The position numbers and the translations under genes are program-made. The notes under the pieces were generated by a model, which saw nothing but the letters and a program-made list of their open reading frames with translations, did not search any database and was not told the DNA's origin. A stretch of DNA of 64,000 bases, taken from Dehalococcoidia bacterium. Its GTDB lineage: Bacteria > Chloroflexota > Dehalococcoidia > Lucifugimonadales > UBA3495. The stretch covers positions 392,509-456,508 of the forward strand of contig OZ247426.1 of NCBI GenBank assembly GCA_965232835.1, written 5' to 3'. Below, in pieces: positions 19,214 through 29,597 of the stretch; the first letter of the stretch is position 1, and each line of letters opens with the position of its first letter.

Positions 19214-20361
19214 TAGGCCGCATTGTATCCGGAAGCGCCATGTACCTCTTGCAGGCAGGCCTCGTAGTACTGTTCAACGCGTTCGGCCACCACCTGCCAC
19301 CGGTGCTTCTCGGCCGTTGCCCGGCCTCGCTGTCCCATGAGCGCCCGCCGCTGGGGGTCGCGAACAAGATCCTCCAGGGCTGTGGCCAATGATCCCACAT
19401 CCTTGTTCCTGAAGAGCAAGCCCTCCTCTCCGTCGGTCAGTACACCACGGTAACCCTCGATGTCGGAGGCCACCACGGGTTTGCCAGCTGCCATTGCTTC
19501 CAGCAGAACAATGCCGAAGCTTTCGGCACCCGTAGCCGGTGAACAGAAAATGTCGGCGGAGGCATAGTAGCGGGGCAGGTCGTCGTAGGGCACCCGCCCC
19601 ACAAACTCCACCTCAGGCAGGTTCCGGGAGCTGAGGACCTGGTAAGAGTCCTTGTCCGGGTTACCCGGTCCCACCACGATGAGGCGCAGGTTGGGAGTGT
19701 CCCAGCGGAGCTGCCCATAAGCCTCCAGCAGGTAACGCAGACCCTTTCGTTTTTCCAGCCGGCCAACAAAGATGATGTTTGTCTTGCCATCCTGGTACTG
19801 CGGCCAGGGTTCCGCCTTCTGGGAGAAATGGTCCACGTCAATACCGTTGGGAATGATCTCGTAGTTGCCGGGGAAGGTGGATTGAACATAATGCCGGGCT
19901 GCCGGCGAGACGGCGATGTTGCCATGGAGGCGCTGGTGCCATCTCTTGATGAACGGCTGGCTCATCCGGTAGAGGTGGTGCCGGTTGTGGCAGGCGTGGA
20001 ATGTGCCCACATTCACCGTGTTCGAATACTCGAGAACGGTGAGCGGAAGGATGGGCGCCATGGGCTCGTGGAGGTGAATGATATCGTACTGCTCCCTCTC
20101 CAGAAGAGCCCTGACCTTCCGCGCCAGCCACCAGGAAAGGGAGACGCGGGCGATGGAGCCTCCACTGGGCAGGGGCACGGAGCGGCCCAGGGGCACCAGC
20201 AGGTCGCTGTCCTGGCATTCCCGGGAGGGCGAATGGGGCGCCAGTACCTGGACCTCATGGCCCAGCTTGCCCAATTCCCTCGCCAACTGGGACACGTGGA
20301 TGGTTACGCCACCGGGCCAGGTGAAGTCGTAAGGCGACACCAAGGCTATCTTCAATGGCAC
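19213..20361 (-). CDS. pimA: GT4 glycosyltransferase, phosphatidyl-myo-inositol mannosyltransferase PimA-like
   Basis: VSPYDFTWPGGV, GSIAR, HLHEP, RKGL and ESFGIVLLEAMAAG motifs; lies between ino1 and pgsA. Confidence 0.72.
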   Translation of the reverse strand: MPLKIALVSPYDFTWPGGVTIHVSQLARELGKLGHEVQVLAPHSPSRECQDSDLLVPLGRSVPLPSGGSIARVSLSWWLARKVRALLEREQYDIIHLHEPMAPILPLTVLEYSNTVNVGTFHACHNRHHLYRMSQPFIKRWHQRLHGNIAVSPAARHYVQSTFPGNYEIIPNGIDVDHFSQKAEPWPQYQDGKTNIIFVGRLEKRKGLRYLLEAYGQLRWDTPNLRLIVVGPGNPDKDSYQVLSSRNLPEVEFVGRVPYDDLPRYYASADIFCSPATGAESFGIVLLEAMAAGKPVVASDIEGYRGVLTDGEEGLLFRNKDVGSLATALEDLVRDPQRRALMGQRGRATAEKHRWQVVAERVEQYYEACLQEVHGASGYNAA

Positions 20362-20411
20362 ACCTCCCGGCCCCGCCTTGACACGGGTGTCCGGGGCATC
20401 CCTGTTCTGCT

Positions 20412-21527
20412 CTAACCCGACGGCTCCTCCACCGTTTGAGGAGTTCTCTGCCGGTTCCCGTCTCCGGCTATGAAGGAATCCGTGAGATCACGGGCTGCGT
20501 CGTCCGTGTACTGGATGGGCGGGGACTTCATGAAGTAGGAGCTGGGCCCCACGACGGCACCGCCCTCACCCCGGTCCATGGCCAGCTTGGCGCAACGGAT
20601 GGCATCGACCACCACGCCGGCGGAGTTGGGGCTGTCCCATACCTCCAGCTTGGCCTCCAGGCTGATGGGGGCCCCGCCGAAGATCCTCCCCTCCATGCGG
20701 ATGTAGCACCACTTCCGGTCCTTGAGCCAGGGAACGTGGTCGCTGGGGCCGACATGGATACTGTCGGGATCGATTTCCTCGTCCAGCTGGGAGGTGACCG
20801 CCGAGGTCTTGGATATCTTCTTGGATGTGAGACGCTCACGCTCCAGCATGTTGAGGAAGTCGGTGTTGCCGCCGAAATTCAGCTGGTAGGTGTGGTCGAG
20901 GGTGACACCGCGGTCCTCGAACAGGCGGGTGAGTACGCGGTGTGTGATGGTGGCTCCCAGCTGCGACTTGATGTCGTCGCCGATAATGGGAACGCCGCGC
21001 TCTTCGAACCGATTGCGCCAGTATTCCTCGCGGGCCAGGAACACCGGGATGCAGTTGACCATGGCGCAGCGAGCGTTGAGGATGTGCTCCACGTACCACT
21101 TGGTGGCCTGCTCGCTGCCTACCGGCAGGTAGTTGATCACCACGTCCACTTCTCGGTCACGGAGGATACCCGTAATGTCGGACGTAGAGTGAGGTGATTT
21201 CCTGACCAGATGAGAGACGTACCGGCCGATGCCATCATGGGTCATTCCCCGGTCGACCTTGACGCCGGTCTCGGGTACCTCGGCGAACTTCAGGGTATTG
21301 TTCGGCTCGGTAAAAATGGCTTCGGAGAGATCCTTGCCGACCTTGTTCTCGTCGATGTCGAAGGCGGCAACGACTTCAATGTCCTCAATGCGATAGCCGC
21401 CGATGGTGTTGTGCATCACGCCGGAGACCGCGTCATCGGGCGGAATCTCCACGTACCTGTGAAGGCCCTGTACCAGAGATGAGGCGCAGTTCCCCACGCC
21501 AATGATGGCTACGTTGATTTTGCCCAC
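20412..21527 (-). CDS. ino1: myo-inositol-1-phosphate synthase
   Basis: [37 protein letters not shown] and WDSPNSAG motifs. Confidence 0.96.
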   Translation of the reverse strand: MGKINVAIIGVGNCASSLVQGLHRYVEIPPDDAVSGVMHNTIGGYRIEDIEVVAAFDIDENKVGKDLSEAIFTEPNNTLKFAEVPETGVKVDRGMTHDGIGRYVSHLVRKSPHSTSDITGILRDREVDVVINYLPVGSEQATKWYVEHILNARCAMVNCIPVFLAREEYWRNRFEERGVPIIGDDIKSQLGATITHRVLTRLFEDRGVTLDHTYQLNFGGNTDFLNMLERERLTSKKISKTSAVTSQLDEEIDPDSIHVGPSDHVPWLKDRKWCYIRMEGRIFGGAPISLEAKLEVWDSPNSAGVVVDAIRCAKLAMDRGEGGAVVGPSSYFMKSPPIQYTDDAARDLTDSFIAGDGNRQRTPQTVEEPSG

Positions 21528-21768
21528 TTAGTGGCTCCTTTGCGACGGCTATTGTGTCTGTCCGGACAATCGTACGTCGGCGTCCGGCCCGCCCGTCCTC
21601 CGCGCGCACCGCAACGAATTGGGCTCAGGACGCCTGATGGCGTGAGTCTACAGCGCTCGATTTTATCAATCAGCGGCCCTTGCTAACAAGTTGTAGTCCA
21701 AATCCCTACACTCAGTTTGCACAGGCCCGGCCGATAGGAGCCGTCCTCGCACGCCGGTTGAAGGGCAA

Positions 21769-22446
21769 TTATTCGAAAAACCGGATGATGGCCGTTCGGT
21801 CGTCGCGGCGAAACCTGACTCCCAGTTTTTCAGGTACGCGGCCCTCGACCAGGCGCCCGGCGATGATTTCCTCGATGCGCCCGGCGGCCTCTTCAGGAGT
21901 TGATGAAGTCCTGACTATGTCCGCCAACTCGTCGACGTCCATGTTGTCGGTAACGCCATCGGTAGCGAGGACGAGCTTGACTCCGGGCTCGATGGTAACG
22001 TCTTTCTGTACCATCTGACCCAATTCAGCGGCAGCGCCGACGGCACGGGCCACTCCAACATGCAGGAACCCTCCCAGGCGCCCACAGAGTCTTTCATGGG
22101 AGTCAGGGGTGACGAGGAAGATGGGGCTGTCCCCGGCGGCAGCAACGTACAGACGCCCGCCCCGGTACAGGGCGACGGAAACCGTGGTCAACAGAAAGCG
22201 CCCGGCTCCGACGTCAAAAAAGTCCCGGTTGACGTCCGTAATGGTGGTGGAGACCTCATCGATATTGCCTGTAGGACTCTGCTCCAGTGCTTCCCTCAGT
22301 TCACGGCTGGCTTCGGCGCCGCCGTGGCCGGTGACCCCGTCCATGACCACATCCAGGAAGTCCCCGTTTCCAAGGTCGCGGGTCAGCAGACTGTCCTCGC
22401 CGTGAGCTGAATTGTCCTGCAGCGTCGAAAAAGTGCTGGCAACCAT
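21769..22446 (-). CDS. PP2C/PPM-family protein phosphatase
   Basis: GEDS, MDGVTGHGG, AGDSP, LATDGVTD and DDRT: all metal-binding Asp motifs present. Confidence 0.82.
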   Translation of the reverse strand: MVASTFSTLQDNSAHGEDSLLTRDLGNGDFLDVVMDGVTGHGGAEASRELREALEQSPTGNIDEVSTTITDVNRDFFDVGAGRFLLTTVSVALYRGGRLYVAAAGDSPIFLVTPDSHERLCGRLGGFLHVGVARAVGAAAELGQMVQKDVTIEPGVKLVLATDGVTDNMDVDELADIVRTSSTPEEAAGRIEEIIAGRLVEGRVPEKLGVRFRRDDRTAIIRFFE

Positions 22447-22530
22447 GGCGGTATCCTCTGTTTGTCTCCCGTAGGATTTTCCCTCTAGCCAGGGAATAAT
22501 TTGGCTACTATTTTAACTGATGCCGGTCGA

Positions 22531-23547
22531 TTATCGGGAGTATGCGGCCAACTCGGTCTCCGCATCGAAAATGAAGCGGGTCCAGTAAGCGCCGCGCAAC
22601 CAGTCCAGTGCCTCCCGCCAGGCCGCCAGTGCTCCCTCCCAGTCGGCAAGGACTCTGTTCCTGTCCTGCAGGGCTGCGAGGTAGGCTGCCAGGTCTGTGC
22701 GGAACTGTTCGAAATCCGAATATGACCGTGCGTCGATTTTTTCCAGTATCGAATTGGCGGCGGCTGCCACCTCGTCACCGGCGCCCAGCAGGCCCCTGCG
22801 GACCTCGTTCAATTCTTGCTGCACGTTGACCACGGGCCTTACGCCGTGGGCATCACGATATCCGGAGGCGTCGAGGGGCGGCTCATCGGGTGTGGTGTAA
22901 AACTTGAGCAGTTCGAGGCATGCATCATTCACGTCCAGTGGAGGCCGCCCCCTGGGAGCCGGATCGTCGATCCCGGCGAGGGCGCCGGTGTCGATGACCT
23001 GCACACCACCCGTTCCCGGCTGATAGAAAACGTTCTGGGGCCGGAGATCCAGCACTATGAAGCCGGCACCGAGGTAATGCTGCTCCAGGTCTATGAGCTG
23101 GTTATGCACCGGAAAGAGACGGTTCCCATCCGCATGGACCAGGGGATACACGGCAAAGAGATTCTGGCCAGCACCTATGGGGACGCCGGTAATGCGGGAC
23201 ATCATATCGCCAAGTAGTGGTATCCCGGGTGCCCTTCCCTGGACGAAAACCGTGTATGGCTCTGCCAGGTCATCGCCATAAAATTCGTCGTGGACGGCGG
23301 AATCCGTGTAACCCAGGATCGGCGCCAAGAGCCCATCGGCGTCGCCGGCGAGGTCGTAGGCCATCAGGAGGCGCTCCGTACGCGCCTCGATAGCGCCATG
23401 CTGCTTCCTGCTGACCGCCTGAGGTACGGGACGCTTCAACGCCACTTCCGCGCCCGTCTCGCGGTCGATGGCGGCCCGCACATCATAGTCCGCGCCGGAC
23501 CCGAGGCGGCCGGTAATTTCATAGCGCTGAAGGTCTACCTTTTCCAC
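22531..23547 (-). CDS. Atypical Ser/Thr protein-kinase-like protein
   Basis: YEITGRLGSGA, VALKR, catalytic-loop-like VLDLRPQN and DFG-like IDTG motifs. Confidence 0.65.
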   Translation of the reverse strand: MEKVDLQRYEITGRLGSGADYDVRAAIDRETGAEVALKRPVPQAVSRKQHGAIEARTERLLMAYDLAGDADGLLAPILGYTDSAVHDEFYGDDLAEPYTVFVQGRAPGIPLLGDMMSRITGVPIGAGQNLFAVYPLVHADGNRLFPVHNQLIDLEQHYLGAGFIVLDLRPQNVFYQPGTGGVQVIDTGALAGIDDPAPRGRPPLDVNDACLELLKFYTTPDEPPLDASGYRDAHGVRPVVNVQQELNEVRRGLLGAGDEVAAAANSILEKIDARSYSDFEQFRTDLAAYLAALQDRNRVLADWEGALAAWREALDWLRGAYWTRFIFDAETELAAYSR

Positions 23548-23727
23548 GAAAAGCGGCCTCCCGACCGCCGTATGTCAGCCTGCTGCCAGATCCCCAAGGC
23601 GAACCAGCGCTCGAACAGGCTACGAAATACGGTACAAACCGAGCAAGATGTTACGACGCTGTCTGGACATTTGCAACTTGAGCGGGACGCCGACCCAAGC
23701 CACAGGGCGCCGGATTCAACCTCGGCT

Positions 23728-24600
23728 TCAGCTGCATGGAGCCCGGTATCCCAAGGTCACCCATTCATCCCGGGGCCACTCCATATCGGGGATGAAACCA
23801 AGTGCCAGCAGTGCATCCTCGACCTCGGGTCTCTGGGTGGCCAGCAGGCCCGAGGCAACTAGCACGGCGCCCGGTTTCAGCGCCTTTAGCAGGAACGGAG
23901 ACCGGTCGGCCACGCCGCGAGCCGAGATGTTCGCCACCGCCAGGTCAATGGTGCCATCCGCGGCGGCGGGGTGGGGCACGGAACCCTTGGCCAGGGTAAC
24001 CCGGTCCTGGAGACGCAGGCGCCTGAAATTTCCGCGGGCGGCAGTGACGGCCTGACCATCGATGTCCAGCGCCACCGCCGACCCAGCCGACAGTTTCAGG
24101 GCGGTGATGGTGAGAATTCCTGAGCCCGTCCCCAGATCAAGAACGCGCATGTCCGGCTCCACCAGTTCCTCCAACGCCTCCATGCAGGTGTAGGTGGTGG
24201 GATGGTATCCGGTGCCGAAGGCGATGCCGGGATCAAGGTCAATGACAACCCTTCCCTGGGCCTCACCGGGCTCCAAGTCGACCCACGATGGCTTGATGAT
24301 CAGCCGTTCGCCGACAGGGAGCGCCGCGTAGTGCTGCTTCCAGCTGTTCTGCCAGTCCTCGTCGTCGTCCAGGTCCCGGGTAACCATCTCTCCGAGCTCT
24401 CCCACCGAACTGATGAGCCGGATTCCGACGTCGATGCGCGCCAGCCGTTCCCTGGATGCCGTCTCCAGGTAGGTCCGCAACAGCACTCGGCCGGCACCCT
24501 GGGGCTCAGTGCTGAGGCCCTTTCCGTAACGTCCGAAAAGGTAGGAGACAGGCTCGACATATTCGTGGGGGACGGAGATGCTGAGTTCTTGCCAGGGCAT
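23728..24600 (-). CDS. prmA: Ribosomal protein L11 methyltransferase
   Basis: DWQNSWK, DPGIAFGTGYHPTT, VLDLGTGSGIL and VANI motifs; follows dnaJ. Confidence 0.95.
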   Translation of the reverse strand: MPWQELSISVPHEYVEPVSYLFGRYGKGLSTEPQGAGRVLLRTYLETASRERLARIDVGIRLISSVGELGEMVTRDLDDDEDWQNSWKQHYAALPVGERLIIKPSWVDLEPGEAQGRVVIDLDPGIAFGTGYHPTTYTCMEALEELVEPDMRVLDLGTGSGILTITALKLSAGSAVALDIDGQAVTAARGNFRRLRLQDRVTLAKGSVPHPAAADGTIDLAVANISARGVADRSPFLLKALKPGAVLVASGLLATQRPEVEDALLALGFIPDMEWPRDEWVTLGYRAPCS

Positions 24601-24698
24601 TTGGACTCCAGGGCAATATGCCGGAAATGATGGTGGCGACAGGCTCAGAGATACGTCGGTGCGTTCGGTATGCGGACAGAAGTCTAGGGCAGGCGTGG

Positions 24699-25928
24699 CT
24701 AGAAGGCGTCCTTGATGCGATCAAACAGGCCTTTTTCGTCGCCGTCCGCGTCTTCCTCCGGTTTCTGCTCCGGTTCCTTCTCGGCCTTGCTGGGGCCCTT
24801 CGAGCTTTTCTTACCGGAGCGGCTCGACTTCTTCTTGCGCCCGCTCTTAGTCTGTCCCCCTCCATTGAGCGAGAGCGCCAGTTCTTCCATCAACTCTTTC
24901 TGGTGACTGGAGAGGGATGTGGGGATGCGCACGTCGGCGTACACCCGCATGTCGCCGCGACGGTTGGAGTGAAGGTGAGGGACGCCGCGGTTGCGGATGC
25001 GGAACTCCGTGCCCGGCTGGGTGCCCTGGGGCAATTTCAGATCCTCTTCGAAACCATCCACAGTGGGGATGAGCTTGTCGACTCCCAGGGCTGCCTCGGC
25101 AATATTCAAAGGAAGGGTGTATACGATGTCGGTACCATCCCGCTGGAACATATTGTGCTCCTGCACGTTTACGCCGACATAGAGGTTGCCGGAACCTCCT
25201 CCGTCGCTTCCGACATCGCCCTCGCCATTGATTCGCACCTGCATGCCGTGATCGATGCCGCCGGGGATCTTGACCTCGATCTTGCGTTTCCGGCGTTCCC
25301 GCCCTGCCCCGCGGCAGACGCTGCACGGCGAGTTGATGATGCTTCCGCGTCCTCGGCAGCTGTGGCAGGGCGCAACCTGCGTGAACTGTCCGAACACACT
25401 GCGCTGAGAGCGACGCACCTGGCCGCTGCCGCGGCAGTCAGCGCACGTGTCCACCGAGGTGCCCGGTTCGTTGCATGCTCCGGAACAGTGGTGGCACATT
25501 TCCAGCCGGTTGATCTCGATTTCTCGGCTGGCCCCGAAAACGGACTCCTCGAAGCTCAACATGACCTGTTGCTGCAGGTCCCCGCCGCGCCGTGGCTGCC
25601 GAGCCGCGCGAGTGGAGGCTCCACCAAAGAATGAATCAAATATGTCGCCGAACCCGCCGAAACCCTCAAAGCCGTCGAATGGACTGCCCGCGCCTTGTGC
25701 GCCGCCGTTCACTCCGGCTTTGCCGAAGCGGTCGTATTGGCCGCGTTTCTTTGAGTCGGAAAGGACCTGGTAGGCCTCGTTGATCTCCTTGAATTTTTCC
25801 TCTGCGTCCGGGTTCTTGTTTCTGTCCGGGTGGTACTCCATGGCCTTCCTTCGGAAGGCCCGGCGTACTTCTTCCTCGCTGGCGTTGCGGGAAACGCCCA
25901 GCAACGCATAGTAGTCCTGGTCGGCCAT
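24699..25928 (-). CDS. dnaJ: Chaperone DnaJ
   Basis: J domain with HPD, G/F-rich region, four CxxCxGxG-type zinc repeats. Confidence 0.97.
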   Translation of the reverse strand: MADQDYYALLGVSRNASEEEVRRAFRRKAMEYHPDRNKNPDAEEKFKEINEAYQVLSDSKKRGQYDRFGKAGVNGGAQGAGSPFDGFEGFGGFGDIFDSFFGGASTRAARQPRRGGDLQQQVMLSFEESVFGASREIEINRLEMCHHCSGACNEPGTSVDTCADCRGSGQVRRSQRSVFGQFTQVAPCHSCRGRGSIINSPCSVCRGAGRERRKRKIEVKIPGGIDHGMQVRINGEGDVGSDGGGSGNLYVGVNVQEHNMFQRDGTDIVYTLPLNIAEAALGVDKLIPTVDGFEEDLKLPQGTQPGTEFRIRNRGVPHLHSNRRGDMRVYADVRIPTSLSSHQKELMEELALSLNGGGQTKSGRKKKSSRSGKKSSKGPSKAEKEPEQKPEEDADGDEKGLFDRIKDAF

Positions 25929-26078
25929 TATCAATCACTCAGTAACATTGGGCAGTATGGTTGAGCGACCGTGAGACACAGTCTTGACCATTGTAATTGA
26001 GCATGCGCTAGCGCTCAATAGCGACGGATTATTGCTAAGGGAGAGACGGTTTTCGTAACGCATGCGGGGTGCCCATTC

Positions 26079-26107
26079 TTGACACTTTGAGGGCCGCTGG
26101 TTACGAT
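26079..26107 (+). promoter_or_regulatory. Sigma70-type promoter of rny
   Basis: TTGACA-17nt-TACGAT. Confidence 0.55.
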
Positions 26108-26184
26108 GCACAATAGGAGCAAAGTCCAATGACCGGAAAGGTATTGCTCTATTTTGGGCGTAACAGGCGGAAAGGGAAGGTGGT

Positions 26185-27714
26185 ATGACTACCGTTATCA
26201 TCGCTGTTCTCGCCGTCCTTGCGGCCCTAGGGTTAGGGATAGCAACTTGGCTGGTGTTCCGGCAGAGAGTACAGGCGTCGCGGCTGGCGACAGCCAACGA
26301 GACTGCTGGGGACCTTACCGCTCAGGCCAAAGAGGAAAGCAGGACCATTCTACTGGCGGCCCAGGAAGAGACCCTGAAACTCAAGAATGAGGCCGAAGCG
26401 GAAATCAAGGAGCAACGCCGGGAGCTCACCCGCCTGGAAGACAGGCATGTGCAGCGGGAAGAGCAACTGGAACGCAAGATCGAGGCGCAGGACAACCGGC
26501 AGGCTGAACTTGCCGACAGGGAATCTCAAATCGAGGAGTCTCGAAAAGAGGTAGAGGAACTCAGATCGGAGCAGACGAAAGCGCTGGAAAGGATTGCCAA
26601 CCTCACCGTCGACGAGGCCCGTGAGGCCATTGTAAGGCGCGGTGAGGAGGACGCCCAGCACGATTTGATGCGCCGCTACTACGAACTGGAGCGGGACTAC
26701 AAGGACAGAGCAGATGAGAACGCCCGCAAAATCATTGCGGTCGCTATCAACAGGCTTGCCTCCGACGTCGTCTCCGAAAGCACTACATCCGTGGTATCCC
26801 TGCCCAATGATGAGATGAAGGGACGTCTCATCGGCCGCGAAGGACGCAATATCAGGACCCTGGAATCGCTGACCGGAGTTGACGTAATCATCGACGACAC
26901 TCCGGAGGCTGTTACCGTTTCGTGCTTTGACCCGGTTCGACGGGAAATCGCACGACTGGCCTTGGAAAAGCTTGTCTCCGACGGGCGCATCCAGCCTGCC
27001 CGTATTGAGGACATGGTGAACCGGGCCCAACACGAGATTGATCAAACAATCATGAAGGCCGGGGAAGAGGCCACCTTCGAAGTCGGAGTCAGTGGGCTCG
27101 ACCGCGAACTGGTCCGGCTGCTGGGACAGTTGAAGTATCGTTACAGCTACGGCGAAAACGTGCTGCAACACTCAGTGGAAGTGGGTCTCCTGGCGGGCAT
27201 GTTGGCCGCTGAGTCGGGGGCCAACGTGCAGGTTGCCAAGGTAGGCGGCCTACTGCACGACATCGGCAAGGCCCTCACCCACGAGGTATCAGGTCCCCAC
27301 GCGGAGATCGGCGCGGAAATCGCCAAGAGGCACGGCATCAACCACAGCTCCTACCGGGGTATACTTGAGCACCACTGGGATGAGCACGAGACCGTGGAGT
27401 CGTTCCTCGTGGCCGCAGCCGACGCCATCAGCGCCGCCCGGCCCGGGGCCCGAAAGGAGTCGCTGGAACAATACGTCAAGCGCCTCCGGGACCTTGAGGG
27501 GGTGGCAGCCGGATTCGAAGGTGTCGAACGCACCTTCGCCATCCAGGCGGGTCGTGAGGTGCGGGTCATGGTCAAACCGGAAGACATGGACGACGTGAAG
27601 GCCGCGTCTCTGGCGCGGGACATTGCCCGCAAGGTGGAAGAGGACCTCGTCTTCCCAGGCCAGATTAAAGTTACTGTCATACGGGAAACCCGCAGCGTAG
27701 AATTTGCCCGCTAG
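26185..27714 (+). CDS. rny: Ribonuclease Y
   Basis: N-terminal TM, coiled coil, KH domain (MKGRLIGREGRNIR), HD domain (LLHDIGK) and ADAISAARPGAR. Confidence 0.97.
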   Translation: MTTVIIAVLAVLAALGLGIATWLVFRQRVQASRLATANETAGDLTAQAKEESRTILLAAQEETLKLKNEAEAEIKEQRRELTRLEDRHVQREEQLERKIEAQDNRQAELADRESQIEESRKEVEELRSEQTKALERIANLTVDEAREAIVRRGEEDAQHDLMRRYYELERDYKDRADENARKIIAVAINRLASDVVSESTTSVVSLPNDEMKGRLIGREGRNIRTLESLTGVDVIIDDTPEAVTVSCFDPVRREIARLALEKLVSDGRIQPARIEDMVNRAQHEIDQTIMKAGEEATFEVGVSGLDRELVRLLGQLKYRYSYGENVLQHSVEVGLLAGMLAAESGANVQVAKVGGLLHDIGKALTHEVSGPHAEIGAEIAKRHGINHSSYRGILEHHWDEHETVESFLVAAADAISAARPGARKESLEQYVKRLRDLEGVAAGFEGVERTFAIQAGREVRVMVKPEDMDDVKAASLARDIARKVEEDLVFPGQIKVTVIRETRSVEFAR

Positions 27715-27815
27715 GAGCATGGGCTGAAGCCTTCAGGCTACCAGCCTAAGGAAAGACTTACTCAGGACCGGCCTGCCGCTCCGCCCGGCGGGCTCTGGGT
27801 CAAACGGGAAACACG

Positions 27816-27860
27816 AAAGGACTCAGGAGCGGGATCTGCCCGGCTGCTGAGTCCTTTTTT
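27816..27860 (+). terminator. Rho-independent terminator after rny
   Basis: AAAGGACTCAG...CTGAGTCCTTTTTT. Confidence 0.7.
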
Positions 27861-27916
27861 CCGCACTGAATATTCGAGATCAACCCGAGTCAACCTTTGA
27901 AGAGGAAACGCAGCCA

Positions 27917-28699
27917 TTGCGAATTTTGATGATCGGCGACGTGATCGGGAAGCCGGGCCGAGAGGCCGTGCGCCGGATTCTTCCCGACCTGCGCACCGAA
28001 AAGAGCATTGACCTGGTTATTGCCAACGGCGAAAACGCGGCCGGAGGCTTCGGCCTGACCATGGATACCGCCTCGGAACTGCTCGATTCAGGCGTTGATG
28101 TCCTCACGTCGGGGAATCACATCTGGGACAAGAAGGAATTCATTCCCTACCTGGATGACGTGGCGGGAGAAGGTCTTCCGGTCGTTCGCCCCGCCAATTA
28201 TCCCAGCGCTCCCGGCGTGGGTGTCATTGAGCGAAAGGGAGTGGCCGTGGTCAACCTGATGGGGCGGGTGTTCATGACACAGCTGGACTGCCCATTCCGC
28301 ACCGCCGACCGCCTGCTGGAGGAGTTGCAGGAGGAGCACGATACCCCCATGATCGTGGTTGATTTTCACGCCGAGGCAACGTCCGAGAAGCAGGCCATGG
28401 GCTGGTACCTGGACGGGCGGGTAAGCGGCGTCTTCGGCACCCACACCCATGTGGGCACAATCGATGCCCGCATTCTGCCGGAAGGTACTGCCTACTTGAC
28501 GGATGTCGGCATGACTGGTCCGGTGGACTCGGTGATCGGCAGTGATACCCGGGCGGTGCTGGACCGCTTCCTCACCTCGATGCCCCAGAGGCTGGAGGTT
28601 GCCAAGGGACCCTGCACCATGAACTCGGTGCTGGTGGAAGTTGATGAACAGACCGGGCGCTCCATTCATTTGGAGCGCGTCGACAGGATGATCGCCTGA
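27917..28699 (+). CDS. ymdB: YmdB/TIGR00282-family metallophosphoesterase
   Basis: GDVIG, NGENAAGG, SGNH, DFHAEATSEK, GTHTHV and DVGMTGP motifs. Confidence 0.92.
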   Translation: MRILMIGDVIGKPGREAVRRILPDLRTEKSIDLVIANGENAAGGFGLTMDTASELLDSGVDVLTSGNHIWDKKEFIPYLDDVAGEGLPVVRPANYPSAPGVGVIERKGVAVVNLMGRVFMTQLDCPFRTADRLLEELQEEHDTPMIVVDFHAEATSEKQAMGWYLDGRVSGVFGTHTHVGTIDARILPEGTAYLTDVGMTGPVDSVIGSDTRAVLDRFLTSMPQRLEVAKGPCTMNSVLVEVDEQTGRSIHLERVDRMIA

Positions 28700-28700
28700 T

Positions 28701-29552
28701 ATGAGCGCAGAAGTAGACCTGCACCTTCACACCCTGGCCTCCGATGGCAGGCTGACACCCACACAGCTGGTGCAATTGGCGGCGCGCCAGGGCCTGAAAA
28801 CGGTCTCGGTTTCCGACCACGACACCACGGACGGTCTCGCGGAGGCATTTGAAGCGGCCAAGGAGTTCCCGGGTCTGCGGATCATTCCGGGCATCGAGTT
28901 GAGCGCTGACGTGCCGGGAGATGAGGTCCACGTGCTGGGGTACTTTATAAACCCCGCCGACGATGAACTTCAATCGGAGTTGACCAGGTTCCGCGAGGGC
29001 CGTGTTGGTCGGGCGAAGGCCATGGTGGAGAAACTGGGGGAACTGGGAATCCAGGTGGAGTGGGAGCGCGTACAACATTTTGCGGGGGACGGCGCCGTAG
29101 GCCGCCCACATATCGCTCTGGCACTGGTGGAGGCCGGATACTGCAAGGAACCGAAGGACGCCTTCCCCGAATACCTGGGCCGCAACGGCCTGGCCTATGT
29201 GGAACGGGTCAAACTGACGCCAGCAGAGGCCGTCGGCATGATCCGGCGCGCCGGCGGGGTCGCCGTGTTGGCTCATCCGGCCTACATGAACGACATGGAG
29301 GCGGGCATCGCCAATCTGGCCGGGATCGGTCTGGCGGGCATGGAGGTCCACTACGCCAAGTACCGTGATGACACCATCCGGCAACTGGCGCGCCTCGCCC
29401 GGGAATACGATCTCATCCCCTGCGGAGGCAGTGACTACCACGGCTTGGGAAATGCGGACGAATGCCTTCCGGGCGAAAACGGCCCGCCGTTGGAAACGGT
29501 CGACCGACTTGAGTCCGCTGCGCTGGCTGCCAGGGACAGCCACACTCCATAG
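28701..29552 (+). CDS. PHP-domain phosphoesterase (TrpH/YciV-like)
   Basis: DLHLHT-x-SDG, DHDT, GRPHIA, LAHP and GGSDYHG motifs. Confidence 0.9.
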   Translation: MSAEVDLHLHTLASDGRLTPTQLVQLAARQGLKTVSVSDHDTTDGLAEAFEAAKEFPGLRIIPGIELSADVPGDEVHVLGYFINPADDELQSELTRFREGRVGRAKAMVEKLGELGIQVEWERVQHFAGDGAVGRPHIALALVEAGYCKEPKDAFPEYLGRNGLAYVERVKLTPAEAVGMIRRAGGVAVLAHPAYMNDMEAGIANLAGIGLAGMEVHYAKYRDDTIRQLARLAREYDLIPCGGSDYHGLGNADECLPGENGPPLETVDRLESAALAARDSHTP

Positions 29553-29597
29553 CTTGACACTCCGCGCGACGTTCAGGAATTTAAGCACGAGCAGCCG

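Noticed and set aside
27715-27916. Possible 6S or other ncRNA between rny and ymdB
   Set aside because: Only a terminator-like hairpin is evident, and I could not support a 6S-like long duplex by eye.
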